Shown: positions 40,168 to 49,995 of the stretch, one piece after another | How the letters are laid out: every line of letters starts with the position of its first letter | Numbering within the stretch: position 1 is the first letter of the stretch | From: Patescibacteria group bacterium | GTDB taxonomy: Bacteria; Patescibacteriota; WWE3; UBA101185; UBA10185 | DNA length: 64,000 nucleotides | Assembly: GCA_026004595.1 (NCBI GenBank) | Contig: BPJL01000007.1 | Span: 12,460 to 76,459 of the forward strand | Direction: 5' to 3' | Notes under the pieces: model-generated | The model's input: only the letters and a program-made list of their open reading frames with translations | What the model was told of the DNA's origin: nothing | Databases searched by the model: none | Made by a program: the position numbers and the translations under genes

Positions 40168-41733
40168 TCAAGACTGTTTAACTGGGAATACTAGTGTTTT
40201 ATCGAATATAACCTCGTCGTGTGTTATCATTATCACGGTTGCATCAATGTCCTTTATTAGTCTTATAACCTTTTCTTTTGTTAGTTTGTCAAGCGATGAC
40301 GTCGGTTCATCAAGGATAAGAACTTTCATATCAGGGTTTAACACGGAATGAAGTATATGGATAAGCTGTTTCTGTCCTCCTGATAGTTCGTCAACGTTGG
40401 GTTCGTATTGTTTATCCAAAGGCACCAATTCGCCCAAGTCATATCTTTTTATTATCTCTTCTACCTTTTGTCTAAGGTTATCACCCTTTATCCCGAAGGT
40501 GATTATTTCGTATACGGTCTTTGAGAGAAGTACTCCGGGATTCTGTTTGGCTATGCTAACGGCAACGTTAATTGATTCCCTGTCCAACTCGTTCACGTTC
40601 TCTCCTCCCAAAAATATGTTTCCCGAAACGGGTTTAAGTTTTCCCCTAATAAGGTTGATAAAGGTAGACTTGCCTGATCCAACGTGACCGACTATGTTCA
40701 CCTTTTCCTTATCAGCTATGTAAGTACTATAGTTGTTAAAGATGATTTTATCACCGTAGCTAAAGGTAACATTAGAAAACAGTATTGAACCGTTTTTTAT
40801 GTCGACTTTTTTCTTTTCCTCTTTTTTGAAAAGTTCCTGTAAAAACTGTCTGTTGCTTTTTAGAATAGAAAACACCCTCAAAATTTTCGGTGTATAATAA
40901 CCCATGTCATAGAAAAAATTATACAGTCTTCCTATCACTACTATGTTTTTACCAAAACTATCCTGATCTATCTCTTTTTTTCTTAAAAGCCTTAGCATAT
41001 ACAATACTGTGAAGGCATAAAATAGTACTCCGGTTGAAATTCCAAGGCTTTGCTTTTTTCCATCGTTGTTCACTATTTTTAGTATTGAATCGCGGAAGTC
41101 TATTGTTACTTTGTCTACCTCTTCTTTTATTAGATCAACACCGTTGCGTGTTGATGTGATAAAATCAATGTTCTGAATTATGTTATCCACTGCTTTTAAC
41201 ATCACGTCTTTGTGTATTTCTAAGTTGTCATCTTTACTATTGATAAAATAGAGTATAATGGCAAAGATAACAAGGGAAGTGATAGTTTGTACCCAAATTT
41301 TATAGTTAAATTTAAATACTCGTATAAAAGCTACTACTGAAACAGCTATAAGAGGTATCATCTTAATAAAAACATAATAGAAAGCACTGTTTACCGAACT
41401 TGAAATCATCACGGCTTTGTCTATCGCTTCTGTCGGCGTGAAATCAACCATCTCTTTTTCAACTATTCTTTTTGCTATCTCTCTTAGAGTATGATTATAA
41501 AGCAGTGGTTCTATCTTGTTTCCAAAGTAGTTAGATGAAATATAAAACAGTTTTTGTATGACAACAACCGTCAGAAACTTTCTAACCGTTTTTTTGTTTA
41601 CGTTCTTTATCATGTCAACGAGATAGTTTGGTATAATCACGATATCAATAATGTTGGATATCGATGATAGAATCACGGTGCCATAGATAATGGTTTTATT
41701 TTGATTAACAAAGTCCAAAATAAGACTGTTCAT
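40168..41733 (-). CDS. ABC transporter, half-transporter type (N-terminal 5-6 TM permease domain fused to ATP-binding cassette)
   Basis: Walker A 'GHVGSGKST', Q-loop 'IAKQNP', ABC signature 'LSGGQKQL', Walker B 'VLILDEPTSSLD', H-loop 'MITHDE'. Hydrophobic N-terminal ~300 aa. Confidence 0.8.
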   Translation of the reverse strand: MNSLILDFVNQNKTIIYGTVILSSISNIIDIVIIPNYLVDMIKNVNKKTVRKFLTVVVIQKLFYISSNYFGNKIEPLLYNHTLREIAKRIVEKEMVDFTPTEAIDKAVMISSSVNSAFYYVFIKMIPLIAVSVVAFIRVFKFNYKIWVQTITSLVIFAIILYFINSKDDNLEIHKDVMLKAVDNIIQNIDFITSTRNGVDLIKEEVDKVTIDFRDSILKIVNNDGKKQSLGISTGVLFYAFTVLYMLRLLRKKEIDQDSFGKNIVVIGRLYNFFYDMGYYTPKILRVFSILKSNRQFLQELFKKEEKKKVDIKNGSILFSNVTFSYGDKIIFNNYSTYIADKEKVNIVGHVGSGKSTFINLIRGKLKPVSGNIFLGGENVNELDRESINVAVSIAKQNPGVLLSKTVYEIITFGIKGDNLRQKVEEIIKRYDLGELVPLDKQYEPNVDELSGGQKQLIHILHSVLNPDMKVLILDEPTSSLDKLTKEKVIRLIKDIDATVIMITHDEVIFDKTLVFPVKQS

Positions 41734-42398
41734 TTATTTATGGATACATTTGCATTAGGGTTTTTAGAACCACCTTTCTTGAACATTGGAACAATGATAA
41801 CAAGTAGAACAACAACAGCGATGATGACGGCTATCAAAGCAACCCCCGCCGCGAGTAGACTCACGTAAGTAGAACTTTGTGATGCTTTGTTGGAAATCGA
41901 CGAACTGGCAGCAGCTTTAGCTGTATTAACACTATTACAGGTTATATTTGATACTTCACCCTGTTGTCCTAAATCAAGGTCACCGTTATGGTTTACCAGT
42001 ATATAAGTATTGTTATCTTTTATGTTTTCTGATTCATTTTTGCAAGTTGCTGCCAAAAGCTGTGTGATTTTGTTTACTATTTTGGTATTTAGAAAAGTAA
42101 TTTGTTCAGCAGCGTTAACATCAAGACTTAGCCCAGAAAACACTTTTGAGTACTGTGTAGCAGTGTTATTTATTATGTCAGCTATGCTCGTTTGAAAAGA
42201 TGATTTAAAAAGACATGATGCATCATTTATGGTACAGCTCTGTGTTGCGTCCACGTTACCTGAGCCACCGATTATTATAACGGTGTTTCCATCCATTATG
42301 TTTCTGCAGGACATTTCACAGTACTGAACAGTTGCTTGAAGAATCTCAGTCATTGCAGAGTTTTCAATAAGTTGAGCCTGAACAAGAGCAAATCCCAT
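41730..42398 (-). CDS. Putative myristoylated, C-terminally anchored membrane protein (poxvirus L1/F9-like architecture)
   Basis: N-terminal 'MG', scattered conserved Cys, Thr/Ser/Asn-rich body, C-terminal TM 'LLAAGVALIAVIIAVVVLLVIIVPMF'. Assigned by architecture only. Confidence 0.35.
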   Translation of the reverse strand: MGFALVQAQLIENSAMTEILQATVQYCEMSCRNIMDGNTVIIIGGSGNVDATQSCTINDASCLFKSSFQTSIADIINNTATQYSKVFSGLSLDVNAAEQITFLNTKIVNKITQLLAATCKNESENIKDNNTYILVNHNGDLDLGQQGEVSNITCNSVNTAKAAASSSISNKASQSSTYVSLLAAGVALIAVIIAVVVLLVIIVPMFKKGGSKNPNANVSINK

Positions 42399-42415
42399 TT
42401 ACAATGAACTAAAAT

Positions 42416-43042
42416 TTAATCAAGATTGTATTCATCTTTAAGTTTCATTAGTTCCCTAACAAGTGCTTCGTTGTTTTTGATGTACTCTTCTATCAACTCT
42501 TCTAGACTGTGCTTTTCATAGACAAACTTAAACAGAATACCAAGAAGTGGAGAAGAAGCATTAAATATATTTCTTGCAGTGTAGTTGTTGACGATATCTA
42601 TGCTGGTAAAGCTGCTGGGAAAAAGCATTGATAAAATGTTCCACAGTTTAAGGTAAACTTTAGCAACGTGAGGGTGTATATAGAAACCCTTTTCGAATAT
42701 CTTGATCACGACCTGTTCTCTTGTTGTTAGGTTTATGGCGTTTCCGTTTTCATCAATGATGTAGTAGTGATTATCACCATAGACAACTATTCCTCCCGGT
42801 GAATAGGAGCTAACAGAGGCATACGGGTTTAAGATTGATATAGCCTTGATTAAAAAGCTGGCAGTGTTGATAACGTCTTTTACCATCGATTGTTTAAGCG
42901 AGGGATACAGCTTTTCTCCGTCAGTAAAGCAGTCCTTGCCGATGTACTCTTTTGGCATTGTTATTGACTTGTACTCTTTGCCAACTCTGTAGTATCCATA
43001 GAAGTTACCTTTAGTGTACTCAACATAATCAATCTTGTACAT
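42416..43042 (-). CDS. Hypothetical protein (208 aa)
   Basis: ORF, no motif. Confidence 0.55.
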   Translation of the reverse strand: MYKIDYVEYTKGNFYGYYRVGKEYKSITMPKEYIGKDCFTDGEKLYPSLKQSMVKDVINTASFLIKAISILNPYASVSSYSPGGIVVYGDNHYYIIDENGNAINLTTREQVVIKIFEKGFYIHPHVAKVYLKLWNILSMLFPSSFTSIDIVNNYTARNIFNASSPLLGILFKFVYEKHSLEELIEEYIKNNEALVRELMKLKDEYNLD

Positions 43043-43051
43043 TTTAATTGA

Positions 43052-44341
43052 TTATATAACTATTTTATGGCCGTTTATTTCACTTATTGATATGTCTGGT
43101 TTTTCGTAGCCCAACCGAGGAGGGTAACTGTATCTAACACAGCTAAAGGGGTTCCAACGGGTTGTCCTGTATTCAATGTAATCACTGATGCTTTGCTTGT
43201 TTAGCTCAAAGTCAAACTCCACATTGTTTATATCAACCAGTTTAACATTTTTCACCTCTTCAAATACACAACTGTTAAGCTGTACGTTGTTCAGTCTTAG
43301 AACAGTTCCGTTAGACTTTAAAGCAAAAGTTGAATCGCCGTTATCAACTATGCTAATGTTAGTTTTGTTGTTAAGCATGTCTTCAACGTTTAAATTCTTC
43401 CAGACAATTGTGTCTTTGTCGGCTAGAAGAACACCGATTCTACCTCTTGAAAAAATGCCATAAAGACCCTCAACAAAAACGATGCTGTCACAGTGACCAG
43501 TACCTTTGTTTGTTAAGTTTTCTGTTGGTAAATCAAAGGTTAAATAACCCGAGTCAATCTTTATAATAAAGAACTTAATATCATCTCTGATGTAAAGGCC
43601 ATACTCAATACACTTTACTTTACCGTTGTCGTTGTATAGTGTTTTATCACGAATCGCCTCAGATATGTCAGTCGTTATTCCCTTTGTAGAACAGGCTTTT
43701 CCGCTGCACTCCATGTCAACAAAGTAGTACCCCACTTGAAAGTTCTCTGTTACTCTAGTGTGATCAACTAGACTGTAAAGCTCTGACCTGATGTTGTAGG
43801 GGGAAAAGTTTGTGTCACAGTCCCCAACCCATTCACCGCACTCTGGAAGGTCAGGTATACAGTCTGTTTCAACTGTTATTTTAACTCCCTCCTGGCAGTA
43901 GTAGACGCCGTTCGCAGGAAAACAGCCTTCGTGATAAGTGTCAAATATGCAACCGTTGTTGCCAACAAGGTCCTTTTTCACGCAGAACATTTCCCTAGTC
44001 ATCCTTCCCAGTTCGTATGGTCTAACACACACGTCATCGAACTTGCACTCTGAGAATGGAGAAGTCTTCCAAACGGTTCTTTGGCACCTTGGCAAACAGG
44101 ACACAATTTCGATTTTGTCTTTCATAAACCTTTGGTTGCCAAGAACACACCCATGCTTCTCTCTGCAAATATAGCCTATTTTCTTTTTGGAGTTTACATC
44201 AGTGCATGACTCGCCCTTACACTCGGTTTCAATTATGCTAATGTTATTTGAACCAGAAAAAAGTTCAAATCGGTAATAAAAAATCAGAAACACGGTTACA
44301 GTAATAGCAATTGCTAACGTGGTTAATTGAGTCTGAAACAT
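43052..44341 (-). CDS. Type II membrane protein with large Cys-rich ectodomain (429 aa)
   Basis: 'LTTLAIAITVTVFLIFYY' anchor. More than 20 Cys in the remainder. Confidence 0.6.
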   Translation of the reverse strand: MFQTQLTTLAIAITVTVFLIFYYRFELFSGSNNISIIETECKGESCTDVNSKKKIGYICREKHGCVLGNQRFMKDKIEIVSCLPRCQRTVWKTSPFSECKFDDVCVRPYELGRMTREMFCVKKDLVGNNGCIFDTYHEGCFPANGVYYCQEGVKITVETDCIPDLPECGEWVGDCDTNFSPYNIRSELYSLVDHTRVTENFQVGYYFVDMECSGKACSTKGITTDISEAIRDKTLYNDNGKVKCIEYGLYIRDDIKFFIIKIDSGYLTFDLPTENLTNKGTGHCDSIVFVEGLYGIFSRGRIGVLLADKDTIVWKNLNVEDMLNNKTNISIVDNGDSTFALKSNGTVLRLNNVQLNSCVFEEVKNVKLVDINNVEFDFELNKQSISDYIEYRTTRWNPFSCVRYSYPPRLGYEKPDISISEINGHKIVI

Positions 44342-44361
44342 AGTTTGTATATGATAAAAAA

Positions 44362-45273
44362 ATGTGGTATAGACTCAATGATCTTATCAACTCCATAGTT
44401 ATAACAAACAACACAATAATCGTTTCAAGACACCTTAATAAAATAAGCTTTCATTGGTTTGATAACTATGTTGATCTGTTTAGAAAGTTAAACAAAACCG
44501 AACCAAAAACCTTTTTTGAAGTGATTCTCGGTGATAGAAAACAGAAAGTTTACTTTGATATAGACCATGCTGATCTTAGCACTGATGGAAAACAGTTAAT
44601 AGAGAACATAAAGGTTTCCCTTCTACAACTTTTCCCTTTTATCAACCCAAACAAGATTTTAGTGTTTAGTTCCAACAAGGGAAAAGAGATTAAAAAGCTT
44701 TCTTATCACATAGTCGTTGATGGGTGGTGTGTTTCTAACAACTTGATAAACAAGGAAATAGCAAAAAGGATAAACAACGATGCAATTGACCTTTCAGTCT
44801 ATAAGTCAGTACAGCAGTTGAGAATACTATGGAACAGTAAATATGGAGATGACAGAGTTAAAATACTCGACCCGGTTTGCAATGAGAAAACAGACTATGA
44901 ACCACTTGAGCTGTTTAGCAGTTCACTTGTAACAAACGTTAACGATTGCTCGCTAATACCCTTTGAGCAGCCTGTTATAAAACAACCGGTTTTTAAGGTT
45001 GATAACATTAACGTGGAAAAGGCCTTAGATCTTCTATCAGAGTACCTTAAAACGGAAGATATGCCCTTTAAGTTCAGTAAAATAGTAAACAATTTAATTA
45101 TTCTTAGAAGAACAAGGTCTTTTTACTGTGAAAAGTGTGAAAGAGTTCATGACTCGGAAAACCCTTTCATAGCAATTATAAACGGAGACTATTACTATTT
45201 TTGTAGAAGAAATGTAAAGGGAGTAAAGCTCAATGATAGAAAAAAACTTTGGATGAAAGTGCTACTCAGTTAA
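44362..45273 (+). CDS. Archaeo-eukaryotic primase (AEP/Prim-Pol-like) with C-terminal zinc ribbon
   Basis: Motif I 'KVYFDIDHAD' (DxD), motif II 'LSYHIVVDG' (sxH), motif III region 'YKSVQQLRILWNSKYG', then 'CEKCERVHDSENPFIAIINGDYYYFCRR'. Confidence 0.55.
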   Translation: MWYRLNDLINSIVITNNTIIVSRHLNKISFHWFDNYVDLFRKLNKTEPKTFFEVILGDRKQKVYFDIDHADLSTDGKQLIENIKVSLLQLFPFINPNKILVFSSNKGKEIKKLSYHIVVDGWCVSNNLINKEIAKRINNDAIDLSVYKSVQQLRILWNSKYGDDRVKILDPVCNEKTDYEPLELFSSSLVTNVNDCSLIPFEQPVIKQPVFKVDNINVEKALDLLSEYLKTEDMPFKFSKIVNNLIILRRTRSFYCEKCERVHDSENPFIAIINGDYYYFCRRNVKGVKLNDRKKLWMKVLLS

Positions 45274-45527
45274 AAATGAGTTCAAGGTTTTCGTTTCCAG
45301 AACAGAAAGATATACTGCACACAGAGACAGATGATCTTCACAGCTTTAAAAGCATAGTAAACATAGTACACATATTGAAGACTGTTGATGTGGAAAAGCT
45401 AGAGAAAAACGAGTACTCTTTTTACAAATTAAAAAAGATAGCAAAGATGCTTAATATGATAACCACATCCAATGATAAACGTTTGCTCTCAAGCAGATTA
45501 AAATTTAAGATCTCTTATCTAAAATGA
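45249..45527 (+). CDS. Small hypothetical ORF (92 aa) overlapping the primase 3' end in another frame
   Basis: Track ORF only. It could be a frameshifted C-terminal extension of the primase or spurious. Confidence 0.2.
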   Translation: MDESATQLKMSSRFSFPEQKDILHTETDDLHSFKSIVNIVHILKTVDVEKLEKNEYSFYKLKKIAKMLNMITTSNDKRLLSSRLKFKISYLK

Positions 45528-45531
45528 GTAC

Positions 45532-47370
45532 GTGATTAAAAGTAGCTTCTTAAAAATGGAAACCAACATAAGAGAAGAATTAGAGAAACTTATACCAGAA
45601 ATCAGGTCCCCGATAAAAGAGATATCAGACCTGGCTAGAGAACAGATAATCGACAAACTAGCAATAATACTAAGTGATAACATTATGGACGATAAGTTAA
45701 AAAGACTTATCGTTACCTCTTTTTACAGGAGCAGAGCTGAGCCCGGTCATCATGTGGGAATAGAGGCATCAGAAGGTCTAGCCGGTCCAATGACACAGAT
45801 GACGCTATCCGGTTTTCATCAAGCCGGTTCCGCTGCTAACATTAGCTCCGGCATAGAAGCCCTAAAAGAGATACTTAACATCACCAAGAAAAGAAAGGCA
45901 GAAAGGACAACAATACACTTTAAAAACAGATACCTTTTACCCAACGAGATACTTGATCTAAAAAAAGAAATAGTAGGAGTGACAGTGAAAGACCTATTGA
46001 TTCAGTCGCCGAGAGACTTTTTGAACAAAGAAGAGGACAGTTGGTATGAAGCATTCAAAAGAATATTTTCAATAGAGTCCTTACCTCCAATATCAACACG
46101 GCTAAGACTAAACAGAAACAAGCTATTCGAATACGAGATAACAACGTATGAAATAATAGAAAAGATAAAGAAACAGTTTAAGGAGATAATTGCAATACCA
46201 TCTCCAATATCAGGTGAAAGTATCTATATTGACGTTTTTCCAACTGCTGAAGTTGTAAACAAGCACAGCAAAAAGCTTTCATCGGCGGGTAACCTGGAGG
46301 ATAAAATGCAACTCTTTCTTACTCAGGTGTTTAAACCGTCACTTGAGACAATAGTTATAAAGGGAATACCCGGAATAAGTGAAATCTTTCCAGAAACGGT
46401 AAGGGTTACCAAGATGATAAAAAACGTCTCAAGAAAAAACGACTGGTACATCTGGCTTGATAACATCAAGATGTTATACGGTGGGATCGATCGGGAAAGG
46501 GTTGCCGAGGTGATAGAAGCATCGGGAATAGAGATCGTAGAAACAATAAAAAGCGAGAAAATATGGATACCAATGGGCTTTAGGGTAAAGGCAGATGAAA
46601 ACCCATTAGAACTAATAAACAGAAGACTCAACGAGGAAGAGGAAAAACTAAGAGAAACGGGTGTGTCGTCTGACCTGTATAGAAAGGGAAATTACAGTTT
46701 TGTTTATGCTAACGGAAGTAACTTAAGAAAAGTTTTAACACACCCTTTAATAGACCCAAGAATTTCCATATGCAATAACATACTCGAAATAAACTCAGTA
46801 ATTGGTATACAGGCTGTTAACAACTTTATAATAAAAGACGTTTATGAGACAATAACCAACTCTTCGTCTTACTGTTCACCAAAACACATAGTACTTCTTG
46901 CAAACTTTATGACTGCGATAGGGTTGGTGCCGGTAACGTCAAGTGGTGTTTCAAAACACAACAGAGGTGCTTTCACCGATGCAACGTTTGAGCAGACAGT
47001 AGAGGCCTTTTTCAACGCAGCCTTAATAGGAAGATGGGAAGAAACAAGTGCAACATCAACGTCACTTTTCATAGGAGAGAGGGGAAGGTATGGAACGGGA
47101 ATATGCGAAGTTGAATTTGATGAAGAGGGAATGAAGGCGTTAGTCGGAGAAGAGAAAGAAACGGAAACCTTTAAAGAAGAGGTTACCGGAGCACAGATAA
47201 ACCCAGTCATTTTGGAGGAAAACGAAAACGACTATATATCAGAGAAGGTGATGCTTGAAACAAGCAAAGCAATGCTATTGGAACAACAGTCAGATGATGA
47301 GTCAGAAGACGTAGAAGAGATAGTAGACGAGAAGGTCATGAAACTAATCCAGGAACTTGCAAACGGCTAA
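45532..47370 (+). CDS. RPB1: RNA polymerase largest subunit, C-terminal portion (A''-like: trigger loop/domains G-H) with acidic tail
   Basis: 'AEPGHHVGIEASEGLAGPMTQMTLSGFHQAGSA' matches the conserved RPB1 trigger-loop region (…GEP.TQMTLNTFH.AGV…). Also 'GVSKHNRGAFTDATFEQTVE…'. There is no NADFDGD in this gene. Confidence 0.75.
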   Translation: MIKSSFLKMETNIREELEKLIPEIRSPIKEISDLAREQIIDKLAIILSDNIMDDKLKRLIVTSFYRSRAEPGHHVGIEASEGLAGPMTQMTLSGFHQAGSAANISSGIEALKEILNITKKRKAERTTIHFKNRYLLPNEILDLKKEIVGVTVKDLLIQSPRDFLNKEEDSWYEAFKRIFSIESLPPISTRLRLNRNKLFEYEITTYEIIEKIKKQFKEIIAIPSPISGESIYIDVFPTAEVVNKHSKKLSSAGNLEDKMQLFLTQVFKPSLETIVIKGIPGISEIFPETVRVTKMIKNVSRKNDWYIWLDNIKMLYGGIDRERVAEVIEASGIEIVETIKSEKIWIPMGFRVKADENPLELINRRLNEEEEKLRETGVSSDLYRKGNYSFVYANGSNLRKVLTHPLIDPRISICNNILEINSVIGIQAVNNFIIKDVYETITNSSSYCSPKHIVLLANFMTAIGLVPVTSSGVSKHNRGAFTDATFEQTVEAFFNAALIGRWEETSATSTSLFIGERGRYGTGICEVEFDEEGMKALVGEEKETETFKEEVTGAQINPVILEENENDYISEKVMLETSKAMLLEQQSDDESEDVEEIVDEKVMKLIQELANG

Positions 47371-47394
47371 GATTGCATGGTCAAAAACGCCAAT

Positions 47395-49995
47395 ATCCCG
47401 CTATAGCCCGTTAAACCCTTTCTAAAACAAATTTTGTTATCAATGATCAAAAAACGCTAAAAACATGCTTTTTTATCCCGATATCACCCGTTTTAAAAAG
47501 CATGTTTTCATAGCCACTAGATGATATATACTACTGTGTTTCGCAAAGCGTTTTAAAAGAAATAAGGCAAAAAACACACGTGAAGTGTCTGGTGATAAAT
47601 GGTCTTTGAGAAACATTTGATAGCTTTAAACTCTCAAACAAACTTTGATCAATTGTCTCACCGAGGCGTGTTTCGTTAAACACTTTCTAAAACAGTCTTT
47701 TAAATAATTGTTATCTATGATAAAACTTTGATCAAAAAATGCCAAAAACATACTTTTTTATCCTAGTTTATCCCGATGAGAAAAGCATGTTTTCATGACC
47801 ACTAGATGGTATATACTACTCACTTTTACGCAAGCGTTACAAGTTTTCTACAAAGAATTAAAATAAAAAACACACGGGATATAGTCGGGCTTAATCGGTT
47901 TTGGAAAATGCTTGTGATACTTTGAAAAACACTTGGTTATCAAACAAACGATTCACCGACGCATGTTTCGTTAAACACTTTCTAAAACAGTCTTTTAAAA
48001 AAATTGTTGTCAGTGATAAAACTTGATCAAAAAACACCAAAAACATGCTTTTTTATACCTGTTTATCCCGTTAAGAGCTAAAGCTATGGCCACTAGATGG
48101 TATTACTATGTTTCGCAAAGCGTAACAAGGTTTTTTATAAAAAATAAGATATAAATCACACATGATATAGCCGGTGATAATTAGTCTGTGAGACATGTTT
48201 GATAATCTTTAAACCCTTAAACAAACTTTGATCAAGTGTCTCACTGAGGCACGTTTCGATAAACACTTTCTAAAACAGTCTTTTTTAAAAAAACTATTCT
48301 CGTGATAAACTTTGATCAAAAAACGTTAAAAACATACTTTTTTATCCCAGTATATCCCGTTATAAAAAGCATGTTTTTATGGCCACTAGATGGTATATAC
48401 TGCTCACTTTTTACACAACTGTTCACAAAAAATAAGATATAAAACACACGGGATGTAGCTGGTGATAATTGGTCTTCGGGACACGTTTAGTGTGCTTTAA
48501 ACCCTTAAACAAACTTTGATCAAGTGTCTCACTGAGGCACGTTTCGATAAACACTTTCTAAAACAGTCTTTTTTAAAAAAACTATTCTCGTGATAAACTT
48601 TGATCAAAAAACGTTAAAAACATACTTTTTTATCCCAGTATATCCCGTTATAAAAAGCATGTTTTTATGGCCACTAGATGGTATATACTGCTCACTTTTT
48701 ACACAACTGTTCACAAAAAATAAGATATAAAACACACGGGATGTAGCTGGTGATAATTGGTCTTCGGGACACGTTTAGTGTGCTTTAAACCCTTAAACAA
48801 ACTTTGATCAAGTGTCTCACTGAGGCACTTTTCGATAAACACTTTCTAAAACAGTCTTTTTTAAAAAAACTATTCTCGTGATAAACTTTGATCAAAAAAC
48901 GTTAAAAACATACTTTTTTATCCCAGTATATCCCGTTATAAAAAGCATGTTTTTATGGCCACTAGATGGTATATACTGCTCACTTTTTACACAAACTGTT
49001 CACAAAAAATAATATAGAAAACACACGGGATGTAGCTGGTGATAATTGGTCTTCGGGACACGTTTAGTGTGCTTTAAACCCTTAAACAAACTTTGATCAA
49101 GTGTCTCACTGAGGCACGTTTCGATAAACACTTTCTAAAACAGTCTTTTTTAAAAAAACTATTCTCGTGATAAACTTTGATCAAAAAACGTTAAAAACAT
49201 ACTTTTTTATCCCAGTATATCCCGTTATAAAAAGCATGTTTTTATGGCCACTAGATGGTATATACTGCTCACTTTTTACACAAACTGTTCACAAAAAATA
49301 ATATAGAAAACACACGGGATATAGCTGGTGATAATTGGTCTTCGGGACACGTTTAGTGTGCTTTAAACCCTTAAACAAACTTTGATCAAGTGTCTCACTG
49401 AGGCACTTTTCGATAAACACTTTCTAAAACAGTCTTTTTTAAAAAAACTATTCTCGTGATAAACTTTGATCAAAAAACGCCAAAAACATACTTTTTTTAA
49501 CGGGATACACCGGGATAAAAAAGCATGTTTTTATGGCCACTAGATGGTATATACTGCTCACTTTTTACACAAACTGTTCACAAAAAATAAGATATAAATC
49601 ATACGGGATGTAGCCGGGCTTAATCGGTTTTGGAAAATGCTTGTGAACTTTAAACCAAACGTGCATCAAGTGATTCCGACGCATGTTTCGTTAAACAAGT
49701 TTCTAAAACATTTGTTGTCAGTCATAAAACTTGATCAAAAAACGTTAAAAACATGCTTTTTTATCCCAATATCACCCGTTGTAAAAAGCATGTTTTCATA
49801 GCCGCTAGATGGTATATACTACTCGTTTTTACGCAAGCGTTAACAAAAAATTAAAATAAAATTACACGGGATATAGTCGGGCTTAATTGGTTTTCGGGAC
49901 ATGCTTGATTTTACCGAAATGTTTTGTTAAACCCTTTCTAAAACATACTTTTTATCCCTTTATCACCCGTTGAAAGAAGCATGTTTTTATGGCTG
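47395..49995. repeat. Tandem repeat array 3: ~9 copies of the ~290-bp unit family (same orientation as array 2), including 4 near-identical homogenised units (48390-49570)
   Basis: 'AAAAAGCATGTTTTTATGGCCACTAGATGGTATATACTGCTCACTTTTTACACAA...' recurs with period ~290. The last degenerate unit supplies the stop codon of gene 49987..51606. Confidence 0.95.
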
